Of a stretch of DNA of 64,000 bases, positions 1-9,143 are shown one piece after another. The number at the start of each line of letters is the position of its first letter. Positions within the stretch are counted from its first letter, which is position 1. The DNA lies in assembly GCA_963666365.2 (NCBI GenBank), contig CAXXNF010000001.1, positions 928,001 through 992,000 on the forward strand. The letters run 5' to 3'. This DNA comes from Syntrophales bacterium. GTDB taxonomy: Bacteria > Desulfobacterota > Syntrophia > Syntrophales > UBA2210. The notes beneath the pieces are model-generated. The model searched no databases. It saw only the letters and a list, made by a program, of their open reading frames with translations, and was not told where the DNA came from. A program made the translations under genes and the position numbers.

Positions 1-576
1 GCTCCCTTTGGCACGAAAAACGGTCCGGGGCTCCAGGTAAGTCATACCATCCTCTTCGAGCATAGCGCCCCGTTCTTCGCATAGGATCACCCGGTAGCCC
101 ATTTCCGCAACCGCCTGGGCGATGTGGTTGTCGTATATGAGCGCCGTATTGCAGAAGGCGGTGGGACGGATGCCGAAAAACTGCCTCATGGCATCCCGAT
201 GGAGCGACACCTGATCCCTGAATTCCTGTTTTTTCGGATCGGCAAACAGCCCCGCCAGGGAATGGTAGTAGGTTTCATCGAGAAACTCGACGCGCACTCC
301 CTGCCCTCCGGCATCGAAGAGGCGCTGCAGGGCCTTGATGACGTCGGGATTGTAGCGATCCGCCTGTTCGAGAAAGGTCCCCGACATGCCGAGGGTTACC
401 TTGAACTGCTCTTCCGCGGCAACAATCTCTTCAAAGAGCCGGATCGCCGGGAGATAGCACTTGGTCGCCACCCGGAGGAACATGTCCCGGTTCATCTCTT
501 CCCAGAGAAACGTATCCCGTTCGGGATGGAGCCTGAAAGGCTGATGTAACTGAAGATAGAACGTCACCAACGGCAT
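1..576 (-). CDS. GH57 family alpha-amylase-like protein, 3' end outside window
   Basis: Not in the ORF track. Manual translation from ATG at 576 after a GAGG RBS: MPLVTFYLQLHQPFRL...KCYLPA...LGMSGTFLEQ...VEFLDETYYHSLA...FGIRPTAFCNTALIYDN. HQP and ETYYHSL are GH57 conserved regions; the frame is open to base 1. Confidence 0.88.
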   Translation of the reverse strand, partial: MPLVTFYLQLHQPFRLHPERDTFLWEEMNRDMFLRVATKCYLPAIRLFEEIVAAEEQFKVTLGMSGTFLEQADRYNPDVIKALQRLFDAGGQGVRVEFLDETYYHSLAGLFADPKKQEFRDQVSLHRDAMRQFFGIRPTAFCNTALIYDNHIAQAVAEMGYRVILCEERGAMLEEDGMTYLEPRTVFRAKGS

Positions 577-594
577 ACCGCAATCACCTCTCTT

Positions 595-3500
595 TTATGC
601 CCAGTGTACGAGGCCCAATTCCTGATTACAGAAGAGATCGGGGTGAAAGGGCATCACCCTGATGCCGTACAAAAACCGTCCTGATTTTGTCGCCCTGTAG
701 ACGGCCGAGTACCGCACGGTCCCATCGCTCTCGCCTTCGGAAGCCTTTTCCATGGGGATAACGGAGGAGTGCATCACATCTCCCTCCTCGGCCTCTTCCA
801 TCACCACCAGTTCCACTCGCACTTCATCTTCGGACAGTTTGCCGTAATCCACACCGGCATTGACCTCAAGTTCTTCTCCCATGTCGAGGCGGTCGCCTCT
901 GAACCCTTTCGTTTTAAACCACCGGATATGATCGCTAGAAAACCTCGAGGCGATCTTCTGTTTCCAGTCGGCCAGCTTTCCGGCCCTTTCATAGTCATTG
1001 GCCGCAAGGATAACGGCCCGTTTCACCGCGGGGAGATACATAGTATCGTAGTATTCCCTCACCATTCGATGCGTATTGAACCGCGGCACGAGTTTTTTTA
1101 TCGATTGCTTCATCATACAGACCCACTGGTCGGGTATTTCCTTCCCGTTTCGACTGAAAAAGGTGGGAATGACGGAACGTTCCAATACTTCATAGAGCGA
1201 TATGCTGTCTGAACTGTTTTGCGCCTCCAGGTTGTGGTATTCCCTCCCCTCGCCAAAGGCCCACCCGACATCCTCTTCAAAGGCCTCATCCCACCAGCCG
1301 TCAAGAATGCTGATGTTGAGACCGCCATTGGCGATTACTTTCATACCGCTTGTTCCGCTTGCCTCTCGCGGCCTCCAGGGATAGTTGAGCCAGGCATCGA
1401 CACCCTGGACGAGGCGCCGTGCGATTGCCATATCATAATTCTCGATAAAAAAGATTTTATCGAAATAGCGCGGATCCATTGCATATTCATAGATCCTTTT
1501 GAGCAATGCCTGGCCGGCCTCGTCGTTTGGATGGGCCTTGCCGGCAAAGATGATCTGAACGGGCCGTTCTTCATTGTCCATGATGCGCACCATTCTGTCT
1601 TCATCTTCGAATATCAATGGCGCCCGTTTATACGTGGCAAAGCGTCGGCTGAATCCTATCAAGAGGGCGTCGGGATTGAGAAGCGCAGTTTTCTCCTCAA
1701 TCAGCTGGGGAGAAATTCCCTGTCTTTCACAGGTGCAGGCGATTGTCTGTTTCAGCGAATCGACCATTTTCTTCTTCAGGTGCTGATGAATCTGCCACAA
1801 TACGGGATTGGGGATTTCGTCGATCTTGTCCCAGTTATACCTGTCAAAATTCCTTGAATACCAATCGACGCCAAGATATCGCTCGTAGCATTCCTTCATT
1901 TCGGGAGCGACCCATGACTGCATGTGGATGCCGTTGGTGACGGTTCTGATCGGTATTTCATCTATCTCGAATCCCGGCCACACCCCTTTCCACAGCTTTC
2001 TCGACACCCTTCCATGGAGGAGGCTGACCGCATTGGAACTGCAGGAGAGCTTAAAGGCAAGAACGGACATAAAAAAAGGCTTTCCCGGACCCGGCTCCTC
2101 GCGACCCAGTTCCCAGAACTGGTCCCATGAGATCCCCAGGGCCTTGACATACTCGGAAAAATAACTTTTCATCAGTGTTTCTTCAAACCGCTCGTTTGCC
2201 GCCTCGACAGGACTGTGAGTTGTAAACACTGACCCCGCTTTCACCACCTCCCGCGCCTCGTGAAAGGCAAGCCCCTCTTTCTCCATCAAGCTTCGAATCC
2301 TCTCCAGAAGCAGAAAGGCGCTGTGCCCTTCGTTCAGGTGGTAGAGGGCGGGGGCAATGCCCAGCTTTTCCAGAAGCCGCACTCCCCCGATTCCAAGCAT
2401 TATCTCCTGTTCGATACGCAACCTCTGGTCACCGCCGTACAAGCGTGACGTAATATTCATATCCTGGCTGCTGTTCTCGGGTATGGCCGTATCGAGAAGA
2501 TAGAGCGTGACCCTCCCCACGGCAACCTTCCAGGCCTGGGCATAGAGTTTTCTTCCGGGAAGCCCCACGTCTATCTTTAGAGCCTCTTCACTTCTCCCGC
2601 CGGTATCGCAAATCCTCACGGGCATGCGGGAAAAATCGTTTTCCGGATAGAGGGCATGCTGGACTCCCTCCTTATCGATCTGCTGATAAAAATATCCGCT
2701 TTTATACAAAAGCCCTACCCCCACAAGGGGAATGCTCAAACTGCTTGCCGATTTCAGGTGATCCCCCGATAATACGCCAAGACCTCCGGAATAGATCGGA
2801 AGGCTCTCATGAAGGCCGTATTCGGTGGAAAAATAGGCAATCGGGTGCTTCGCGGTAATAAAAGAATTATTGAACTCGCTCGACTCCGCCCTGTTCTGGA
2901 GGGTATCCACCAGGGAGAGCGTCTGGCGGTACAGACGCATATAGGACTCATTTTCGGCCATTTCCTGCAATCGGCCGTCGCTGGCCCGCTCCAGAAGTTC
3001 TATGGGGTTATGGGCCACCTCTTCCCACAACTGGGGATCGAGCCGTGCAAAAAGGTCGTGGATTTCCGGATTCCAGGTCCACCAAAGGTTGTAGGCAATA
3101 TCCCTCAGGTACTTGACGTTATCGGGCAATGTGGCAACGACACTGAAATTACGAAACCGGGGTTGCAGAGAGTCGGTTCCCGCATAGGTGACTTCAAGGC
3201 CGTAGGCGCTTGTGTCAAGTCCCGCAATGCGATGCTGAGCCGCTTGCACCGCCAGTGCATAGGCATCAAGGTAGGCTGAATAAAAGGTATCCCAATCTGT
3301 CTTCTCCGCAATGAATCGCGCCTGCTTCCTCTGGGCATCCCGTTCCTCGTCGGTCCAGGACAGGAGGTCCTTGATGTGATTTTTCAGGTTTTCAACGATC
3401 TCACCATGGGATTTGCCCCGGTAGTCGAGAACAATGACCCCTCTGTTGTGATCGTCAATGGTGTTTCTGACCCATATGCCGAATCCCGAAAGATCGGTGG

Positions 3501-4869
3501 TGACCGTAGGAACGCAGTGAGAAGCGCTCTCAAGCGGGGTATATCCCCAGGGTTCGTAATAGGAGGGAAAGACCCCCAGATCGCAGCCGCTCAGCACATC
3601 ATAATAGGGCGTGTTGATGAGTCCGTCATACCCGTCAAGATATACGGGCATAAAAATGATCTTGACCGGATCATCGGGACTGTTCATCAGATTCAGCGTA
3701 CTGCACATATTCCATATGGGATCATGCTGGGGATCGGCCAACTGATGCGTGCAGACCCTTGAAATGCCTGTTCTCTGCACCTCTTCCCCCTTTAAGAGGC
3801 GACGGGTTTCGTCGGAAATCCCCAAATGCCCCCCGATGACGCTTACAATTGCCACGATCTTTCTGTTCGTCTCTCGCCCCTTCAGATCGTCCTTCACCCC
3901 CTTCAATGACTCGAGAAAAATATCTATTCCCTTGTTGCGGAACTCGTAGCGCCCCGAGATAAGAAGGATTTTCGCAGTATCGATGTCGATTGTTTCCTGG
4001 AGAAACTGAGCGGCAAAATCGATCACTATCCCCCGCGCTCGTAAAACAGACTCCTTGTGTTCCACACAGTCGGGGATATTGCCGATATTAATGCCGTTAT
4101 GAAGAACCACCTGGGGACGCCGCCTGAGGAAATGGGTGGCTTCGCCGGCCGTGATGTCGCTGACCGTGGTAAAGCAGTCCGCCTCACGCGCCGTGGCAGT
4201 TTCCAGTGAATGCTTTGCGGTGACATTCATTTTTGCCGCCATTTCCGCAGGGGAAATGGCTTCGATATCGGTATAGATATCGACGCCGTTACCCGCAAGC
4301 GATCGGCCGAGCATGGTGGCGTGGGTGGTAAACACAGTGGCAATTTCAGGAATCTTTTTATTGATATAAAGCATGCCGGCGCCGGTCATCCATTCATGAA
4401 ACTGGGCGACCACCACATCGCCTTTCCTGGTAAGCCGCTCATAGAGGATCTCGATTATCTCGCCGGCAGCCGTGCTGAAGAGAACCGGTTCGATGTAATC
4501 CCAGCCTCCGGACATGGAATCCACACCATGCTCCTTCCAAAGCTGGTAGAGAAGCGCATCGACCTGATAGGCGTCGTTATGGTTCACCAGCACCACTCTC
4601 GGCGCCCCGGGGGCCTTATTCCAGCGGCCGCACCGGCAGATCAGGTTTTTCTGAATTGCCCGGTCCTTCACACCATTCCAGATGTCTTCATTAGTTTCCT
4701 CAAATTCAGGGTTGTCCCCCACATCGGGACCGATAAGCACATATTTGTCGCCGAAGCACTCGACGGCATGACCGGTCTTCGTTTTTAAAACCGTGTTAAT
4801 GCCGCCCACCTTGTTGCATACCTCCCAACTGACTTCGAAAAGGCAGTGTGCCGTAGATTGTTCATTCAT
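595..4869 (-). CDS. glgP: Fused glycogen synthase (GT3) / alpha-glucan phosphorylase (GT35)
   Basis: N-half: FEVSWEVCNKVGGI, FHEWM, FTTHAT, GRYEFRNKG, PSYYEPWGYTPLE (GT3). C-half: AYFSTEYG...YSGGLGVLSGDHLK, HLNEGH, RRFATYKR, FAGKAHP and the PLP-lysine motif EASGTSGMK. Confidence 0.93.
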   Translation of the reverse strand: MNEQSTAHCLFEVSWEVCNKVGGINTVLKTKTGHAVECFGDKYVLIGPDVGDNPEFEETNEDIWNGVKDRAIQKNLICRCGRWNKAPGAPRVVLVNHNDAYQVDALLYQLWKEHGVDSMSGGWDYIEPVLFSTAAGEIIEILYERLTRKGDVVVAQFHEWMTGAGMLYINKKIPEIATVFTTHATMLGRSLAGNGVDIYTDIEAISPAEMAAKMNVTAKHSLETATAREADCFTTVSDITAGEATHFLRRRPQVVLHNGINIGNIPDCVEHKESVLRARGIVIDFAAQFLQETIDIDTAKILLISGRYEFRNKGIDIFLESLKGVKDDLKGRETNRKIVAIVSVIGGHLGISDETRRLLKGEEVQRTGISRVCTHQLADPQHDPIWNMCSTLNLMNSPDDPVKIIFMPVYLDGYDGLINTPYYDVLSGCDLGVFPSYYEPWGYTPLESASHCVPTVTTDLSGFGIWVRNTIDDHNRGVIVLDYRGKSHGEIVENLKNHIKDLLSWTDEERDAQRKQARFIAEKTDWDTFYSAYLDAYALAVQAAQHRIAGLDTSAYGLEVTYAGTDSLQPRFRNFSVVATLPDNVKYLRDIAYNLWWTWNPEIHDLFARLDPQLWEEVAHNPIELLERASDGRLQEMAENESYMRLYRQTLSLVDTLQNRAESSEFNNSFITAKHPIAYFSTEYGLHESLPIYSGGLGVLSGDHLKSASSLSIPLVGVGLLYKSGYFYQQIDKEGVQHALYPENDFSRMPVRICDTGGRSEEALKIDVGLPGRKLYAQAWKVAVGRVTLYLLDTAIPENSSQDMNITSRLYGGDQRLRIEQEIMLGIGGVRLLEKLGIAPALYHLNEGHSAFLLLERIRSLMEKEGLAFHEAREVVKAGSVFTTHSPVEAANERFEETLMKSYFSEYVKALGISWDQFWELGREEPGPGKPFFMSVLAFKLSCSSNAVSLLHGRVSRKLWKGVWPGFEIDEIPIRTVTNGIHMQSWVAPEMKECYERYLGVDWYSRNFDRYNWDKIDEIPNPVLWQIHQHLKKKMVDSLKQTIACTCERQGISPQLIEEKTALLNPDALLIGFSRRFATYKRAPLIFEDEDRMVRIMDNEERPVQIIFAGKAHPNDEAGQALLKRIYEYAMDPRYFDKIFFIENYDMAIARRLVQGVDAWLNYPWRPREASGTSGMKVIANGGLNISILDGWWDEAFEEDVGWAFGEGREYHNLEAQNSSDSISLYEVLERSVIPTFFSRNGKEIPDQWVCMMKQSIKKLVPRFNTHRMVREYYDTMYLPAVKRAVILAANDYERAGKLADWKQKIASRFSSDHIRWFKTKGFRGDRLDMGEELEVNAGVDYGKLSEDEVRVELVVMEEAEEGDVMHSSVIPMEKASEGESDGTVRYSAVYRATKSGRFLYGIRVMPFHPDLFCNQELGLVHWA

Positions 4870-4935
4870 AGTGTTTCAATTTCCCTTTATGGACATTGTT
4901 ATTGTCATATGTTGTTATTTTTGGCGTCCCTCTCT

Positions 4936-6180
4936 CTATACTGCCAATAGCCGATAAATCGCAACAACATCTTCGGCCGCCCGCCGCCGGCTGAGCACGG
5001 CCATATCTTCCCGGCAATTCCGGATAATCCGATTGCGCATATCGTCATTATAAAGTATTGCAAGACTCTCCGTCGCCCATGCATCGGTTTCCCAGTAATC
5101 GATCGCCGGGGCCCTTTTCAATATCTCGGTTACGCCGGACTGCCGTGAAAGTATCACAGGCACATCGCACATGACCGCTTCAAGTGCCGTGATACCGAAA
5201 GGCTCCGACAGGCTGGGCATCACATACAGGTCACTGGCGGCATAGATGCGCGCCACCTCGGGGCCATCGAGAAAACCGGTAAACCGCACATGATTCTCCA
5301 GGTTCAGTGAAACCGTTTTTTCCTTGAGATGGGCGGTCAGATCTCCATCCCCTGCAATGACAAATCGAATCTCGGGATCCATCTCCACTATGTGCCGGGC
5401 CATTTCAAGAAAATACCCGGGACCTTTCTGTGTTGTCAGCCTCCCGAAAAAAAGCACCTGTTTCCGGTCATTAGACCTGCGGGTTTCTTTTCCCCGTTCC
5501 ATGGCGGAGACGGCGTGGTACACTACTGATATTTTTTCGGGAGTGATGTCGTACTGCTCCACAATCTTTTTCTTCGTATAGGCACTCACGGCAATGATAT
5601 GGTCGGCGGTTTTCATGCCAAATCGCTCGATCCCGTACACCCGCTCATCAATGCGCAGAGGAGTTCTGTCCGATTCAAGTGAATGGACGTGCACGACCAG
5701 GGGGACGCCTCGCATCTCCTTTGCGGCAATTCCCGCAGGAACGGCCATCCAATCGTGCACATGAATAATGTCGAATTCTTCCTCCCTTGCAATGCTCCGG
5801 GCCCTTTCCGCGTATCGCGATACTTCCCGATAGATGTCTTCTCCGTATCGTTCCGCTGCAGGGATGCGCTGCACCGTCCCTTCAGCGGACCCTTTGTCGG
5901 TGCGGTAAGAACCATCGGTCATGTAGGGACCGAGCAGAACACCCACGGGCTTCGTGCGCATGATGCCCCTTTCCCCGTCCTTGCCGTCACAAGAGCCGAA
6001 GGAATCGGACCCACCGACTATGCGAAGTCCGTCCGTTTTTGCATCGATCGGCTCTCCCGGCATGACAAAGAGGATATCCATACCGGCATCGACAAGTCCT
6101 TTCGTCAACCCGTAACAGGCCGTCCCCAGCCCGCCGCTCGATGACGGTGCAAATTCCCATCCGAACATCAACACCCTCAT
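4936..6180 (-). CDS. GT4 family glycosyltransferase
   Basis: MRVLMFGWEF..SGGLG start, IHVHDW, HVHSLE, GRLTTQKG, EPFGITALE (EX7E). Start placed at ATG 6180. Confidence 0.88.
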   Translation of the reverse strand: MRVLMFGWEFAPSSSGGLGTACYGLTKGLVDAGMDILFVMPGEPIDAKTDGLRIVGGSDSFGSCDGKDGERGIMRTKPVGVLLGPYMTDGSYRTDKGSAEGTVQRIPAAERYGEDIYREVSRYAERARSIAREEEFDIIHVHDWMAVPAGIAAKEMRGVPLVVHVHSLESDRTPLRIDERVYGIERFGMKTADHIIAVSAYTKKKIVEQYDITPEKISVVYHAVSAMERGKETRRSNDRKQVLFFGRLTTQKGPGYFLEMARHIVEMDPEIRFVIAGDGDLTAHLKEKTVSLNLENHVRFTGFLDGPEVARIYAASDLYVMPSLSEPFGITALEAVMCDVPVILSRQSGVTEILKRAPAIDYWETDAWATESLAILYNDDMRNRIIRNCREDMAVLSRRRAAEDVVAIYRLLAV

Positions 6181-6246
6181 ACCCTGCACCTCTCGGAATC
6201 CCGCGCACAGGTCGCGAGAAGATCGCACCTGATGTGCGTTTCTTTA

Positions 6247-7350
6247 TTAAGCCGCTCCCGTGTGTGAAGAAATGCCCCCCGAGGTCCGTGATGTGTCTGA
6301 TGAGGACAGGGAAACCAGCGGCCGTCCCTGAATATTCGACATTCCCACCGCCTTGAGGAATCGTTCCGTTACCCGTTCGGCCTTCTGTTTCCTTTGATCG
6401 GGAGACAGCCCCGAAAGGGTCACTTTTCCTCCCGCCGCCTTTTCATGCCCTCCGCCGACACCAATCCCCCTCAGGATTCTGAGCGCGATTTTTCCGGCCC
6501 ACCATCCGCGACGGGATGTTCTCACCGAAATTATCAACTCCTCTTTATACTCTCCCATCGTGAGGACCCACCGGATATTTTCCATCTTGAGCAGAAAATC
6601 GGCCATCTCGGCGGCTACGTCGGGATTATTGACCTTTCCGATATCTGAAATAATGACATCCTGATACTGCACTGCATTGTGAATGGCGTCGATGAATTTT
6701 ATATAATAGGATTTGGGCATGCGGGGGCTTTCGATCGCGGCAAGGGTGCGGGAAGAAATACGCGGAAAAAGATAGTTAAACGCGTCAAGATCCTGTTTCG
6801 TTGCGGAACGGCTCAACCACCCCGTATCCGTTTTTATCCCATAGACAAGCGCAGTGGCAAGTCTGCGGTCAGGCGCCAGCTCCAGTTCTCTCATATATTC
6901 CGTAAGAATAGTGGATGAACTTCCATAATCGGGGCGCACATCATAGAAGAGGCACCGCTTTGTCTCTTTTCTCAGAGGATGGTGATCGATCACAACATCG
7001 GGAAGTATGTGGCGGGGCACATCGTTATTGCCGGTTCGCGGTTGACTGTCTACCAGACATATGAATGTGAAACCCTTGAAATCAATCTCCCTTATGTTGG
7101 TTAATTCGATGTGAAGCCTCCGAATCATCTGACGGTTTTCGGCCCGCCCCACAATGCCTCCATATCCGATTACTACCTTACATTTCAGCTGATGTGAAAA
7201 GATGCTCTTCAGGGCTGCTGCAGCGGCGATCGTGTCGGGGTCGGGATTATTGTGACACATGACAAGAATATTCCGCCTCCCCTCCGCCTGTGAAAGCAGA
7301 CGGTGAACAGGGTGCTCATTCTTTTCCTCACTGGTACCCATGGCGCACAT
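6247..7350 (-). CDS. Stand-alone DHH/DHHA1 phosphoesterase (candidate c-di-AMP/pApA/pAp phosphodiesterase)
   Basis: HNNPDPD, VDSQ, IDHH, GIKTDT, SVR and GGGH motifs. Confidence 0.88.
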   Translation of the reverse strand: MCAMGTSEEKNEHPVHRLLSQAEGRRNILVMCHNNPDPDTIAAAAALKSIFSHQLKCKVVIGYGGIVGRAENRQMIRRLHIELTNIREIDFKGFTFICLVDSQPRTGNNDVPRHILPDVVIDHHPLRKETKRCLFYDVRPDYGSSSTILTEYMRELELAPDRRLATALVYGIKTDTGWLSRSATKQDLDAFNYLFPRISSRTLAAIESPRMPKSYYIKFIDAIHNAVQYQDVIISDIGKVNNPDVAAEMADFLLKMENIRWVLTMGEYKEELIISVRTSRRGWWAGKIALRILRGIGVGGGHEKAAGGKVTLSGLSPDQRKQKAERVTERFLKAVGMSNIQGRPLVSLSSSDTSRTSGGISSHTGAA

Positions 7351-7630
7351 CCCCTTCCGTCAATGAGTGTAGACGATCAGCATAACAAAAAAGACAGGCC
7401 AGCTCAAACAGAAAGGAAGGACCTCATGTCTCCTCCCGTCAATGGGCGTCTCCGTTTTCTTATCGGTTCCTTACGACCGCACATGGGCATCGAAAGAAGC
7501 TGCTTCATGTCCCTGCGCGCCTGTGCAGAAAGAGAACCTATCCCATAATCAACCGAAGATTGGCGCTTTTTCGTTTGTCATGCTCACTCATTTTGTGCAT
7601 AATACAGATTAAATTTCGGATCGGGGCACT

Positions 7631-9100
7631 ATGAAAGAGTATCTTCTCCACCTGTTTCACAATATCAGGGTCTCGGACCTCTTTGATGTCGCCATTATCA
7701 GCGTCCTTTCCTATTTTGTGTTGATATGGTTAAAAAAAACGGCCTCCCGGTTCGTGTTCATCGGCATCATAATCCTCAGTCTTATCTATATGACGGCCCG
7801 ATTCTTTCATATGTACCTCACGGAGTACGTGCTCCAGGGATTTTTCGCCATCCTTTTCCTCGCCATGTTGATCATATTTCAGGAAGATCTCCGCCGCTTC
7901 TTCGAGCGTCTCGCCATATGGCGGCCCTTCAGGAATCAAAACCATGAGATATCAACCGACATCGCCCTTCTCTCAGCGGCAGTGATCAGTCTCGCCCGGA
8001 AGCGGTACGGCGCCCTTATCATCATACGGGGAAAAGACTACCTCGACCGTCATCTCGAGGGGGGGATAGAAATGGATGGGAAGATAAGTGCCGCACTTAT
8101 CGAAAGCATCTTCGACCCCCACTCATCAGGACACGACGGAGCACTCATCCTTGAGGGGGCAAGAATCAGCAAGTTCGGATGTCACTTACCCCTCTCAACA
8201 AATACTCCCAAAGTCACAAATATGGGGTTGCGCCACACCGCGGCCCTGGGACTGGCGGAGCGTTCGGACGCGCTGTGCATTGTAGTGTCGGAAGAACGCG
8301 GCAGCATCTCGATAGCACAGCACGGAAGCATTCACAGGCTTAAAGCCCCCGAAGATCTGACGAAAGAACTTGAAGAATTTCAGGGAATGAAACGGCCGCC
8401 TCAGGCAAAAAAACTGAGGCCCCGATGGCTTAGACAAAACCTCTGGGAAAAGGGGATCGCCCTCATGCTCGCCTGCGCCCTGTGGATGGCCTTTGGATAT
8501 CAAACTGAAACTATCCGGCGCGATTTCGTCGTCCCCGTTGAATACCGGAATCTTCCCGCCAACTGGATCATAGAAAACCAGTATCCAAAGGAGACAACCA
8601 TATCACTGAAGGGCTCGAAACAGGCCTTTGACCTCCTCCATAAAGACAACCCCAAACTGACTGTCGATATGTCCGGCATACAGGAAGGAACACAGGAACT
8701 GTTGCTGAATCGGAATATGGTGGTCCATCCATCGAACCTCACCGTCGTAGGCATTCAGCCGGAAATACTCGCGCTTACGGCCTACCAGATGGCGCCCTAT
8801 GACGTCCCCGTCAAGGTGGAGACGACAGGCACGCTTCCCGAGGGTTTGACGCTCGAAAAAATCGAGGCAGTCCCTGCATTCGTCAAAGTGATGACCCAGA
8901 AAAAAAGTGCAGGGAACCTTCAAATCAAAACGGAGCCCATTAATCTTGAATCAATAAAAGAATCCACCAAGGTTGCCCCCGGGCTTCTACTCCCGCCTAC
9001 GATGGAATTCATGGAAAAAAAGGCGCCCCTCGTGACGGTTACGATAATTGTGAAAGGGGAAGCGCCACCTCCGCAGGAGGAAAAATCTGAAGAAAAATAA
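7631..9100 (+). CDS. dacA: Diadenylate cyclase (CdaA/DacA-type) fused to YbbR/CdaR-like domain(s)
   Basis: Three N-terminal TM helices, IIFQEDLRR, GALII, HDGA catalytic motif, GLRHTAALG, VVSEERG. Then a fourth TM segment and a beta-rich YbbR-like region (VPVEYRNLP, V-x-L-x-G). Confidence 0.87.
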   Translation: MKEYLLHLFHNIRVSDLFDVAIISVLSYFVLIWLKKTASRFVFIGIIILSLIYMTARFFHMYLTEYVLQGFFAILFLAMLIIFQEDLRRFFERLAIWRPFRNQNHEISTDIALLSAAVISLARKRYGALIIIRGKDYLDRHLEGGIEMDGKISAALIESIFDPHSSGHDGALILEGARISKFGCHLPLSTNTPKVTNMGLRHTAALGLAERSDALCIVVSEERGSISIAQHGSIHRLKAPEDLTKELEEFQGMKRPPQAKKLRPRWLRQNLWEKGIALMLACALWMAFGYQTETIRRDFVVPVEYRNLPANWIIENQYPKETTISLKGSKQAFDLLHKDNPKLTVDMSGIQEGTQELLLNRNMVVHPSNLTVVGIQPEILALTAYQMAPYDVPVKVETTGTLPEGLTLEKIEAVPAFVKVMTQKKSAGNLQIKTEPINLESIKESTKVAPGLLLPPTMEFMEKKAPLVTVTIIVKGEAPPPQEEKSEEK

Positions 9101-9143
9101 AAGGCCTGTCTCTCTTCAACGGGAAAGGAGGGATTGCAACGAC

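Noticed and set aside
124..549. 141-aa plus-strand ORF
   Set aside because: Antisense shadow of the GH57 gene, which has clear family motifs.
7351..7630. Possible c-di-AMP (ydaO) riboswitch between the DHH and dacA genes
   Set aside because: The conserved GCTGAATCC / GGGGTGAAT-type motifs were not found on either strand by eye. An Rfam scan would be definitive.
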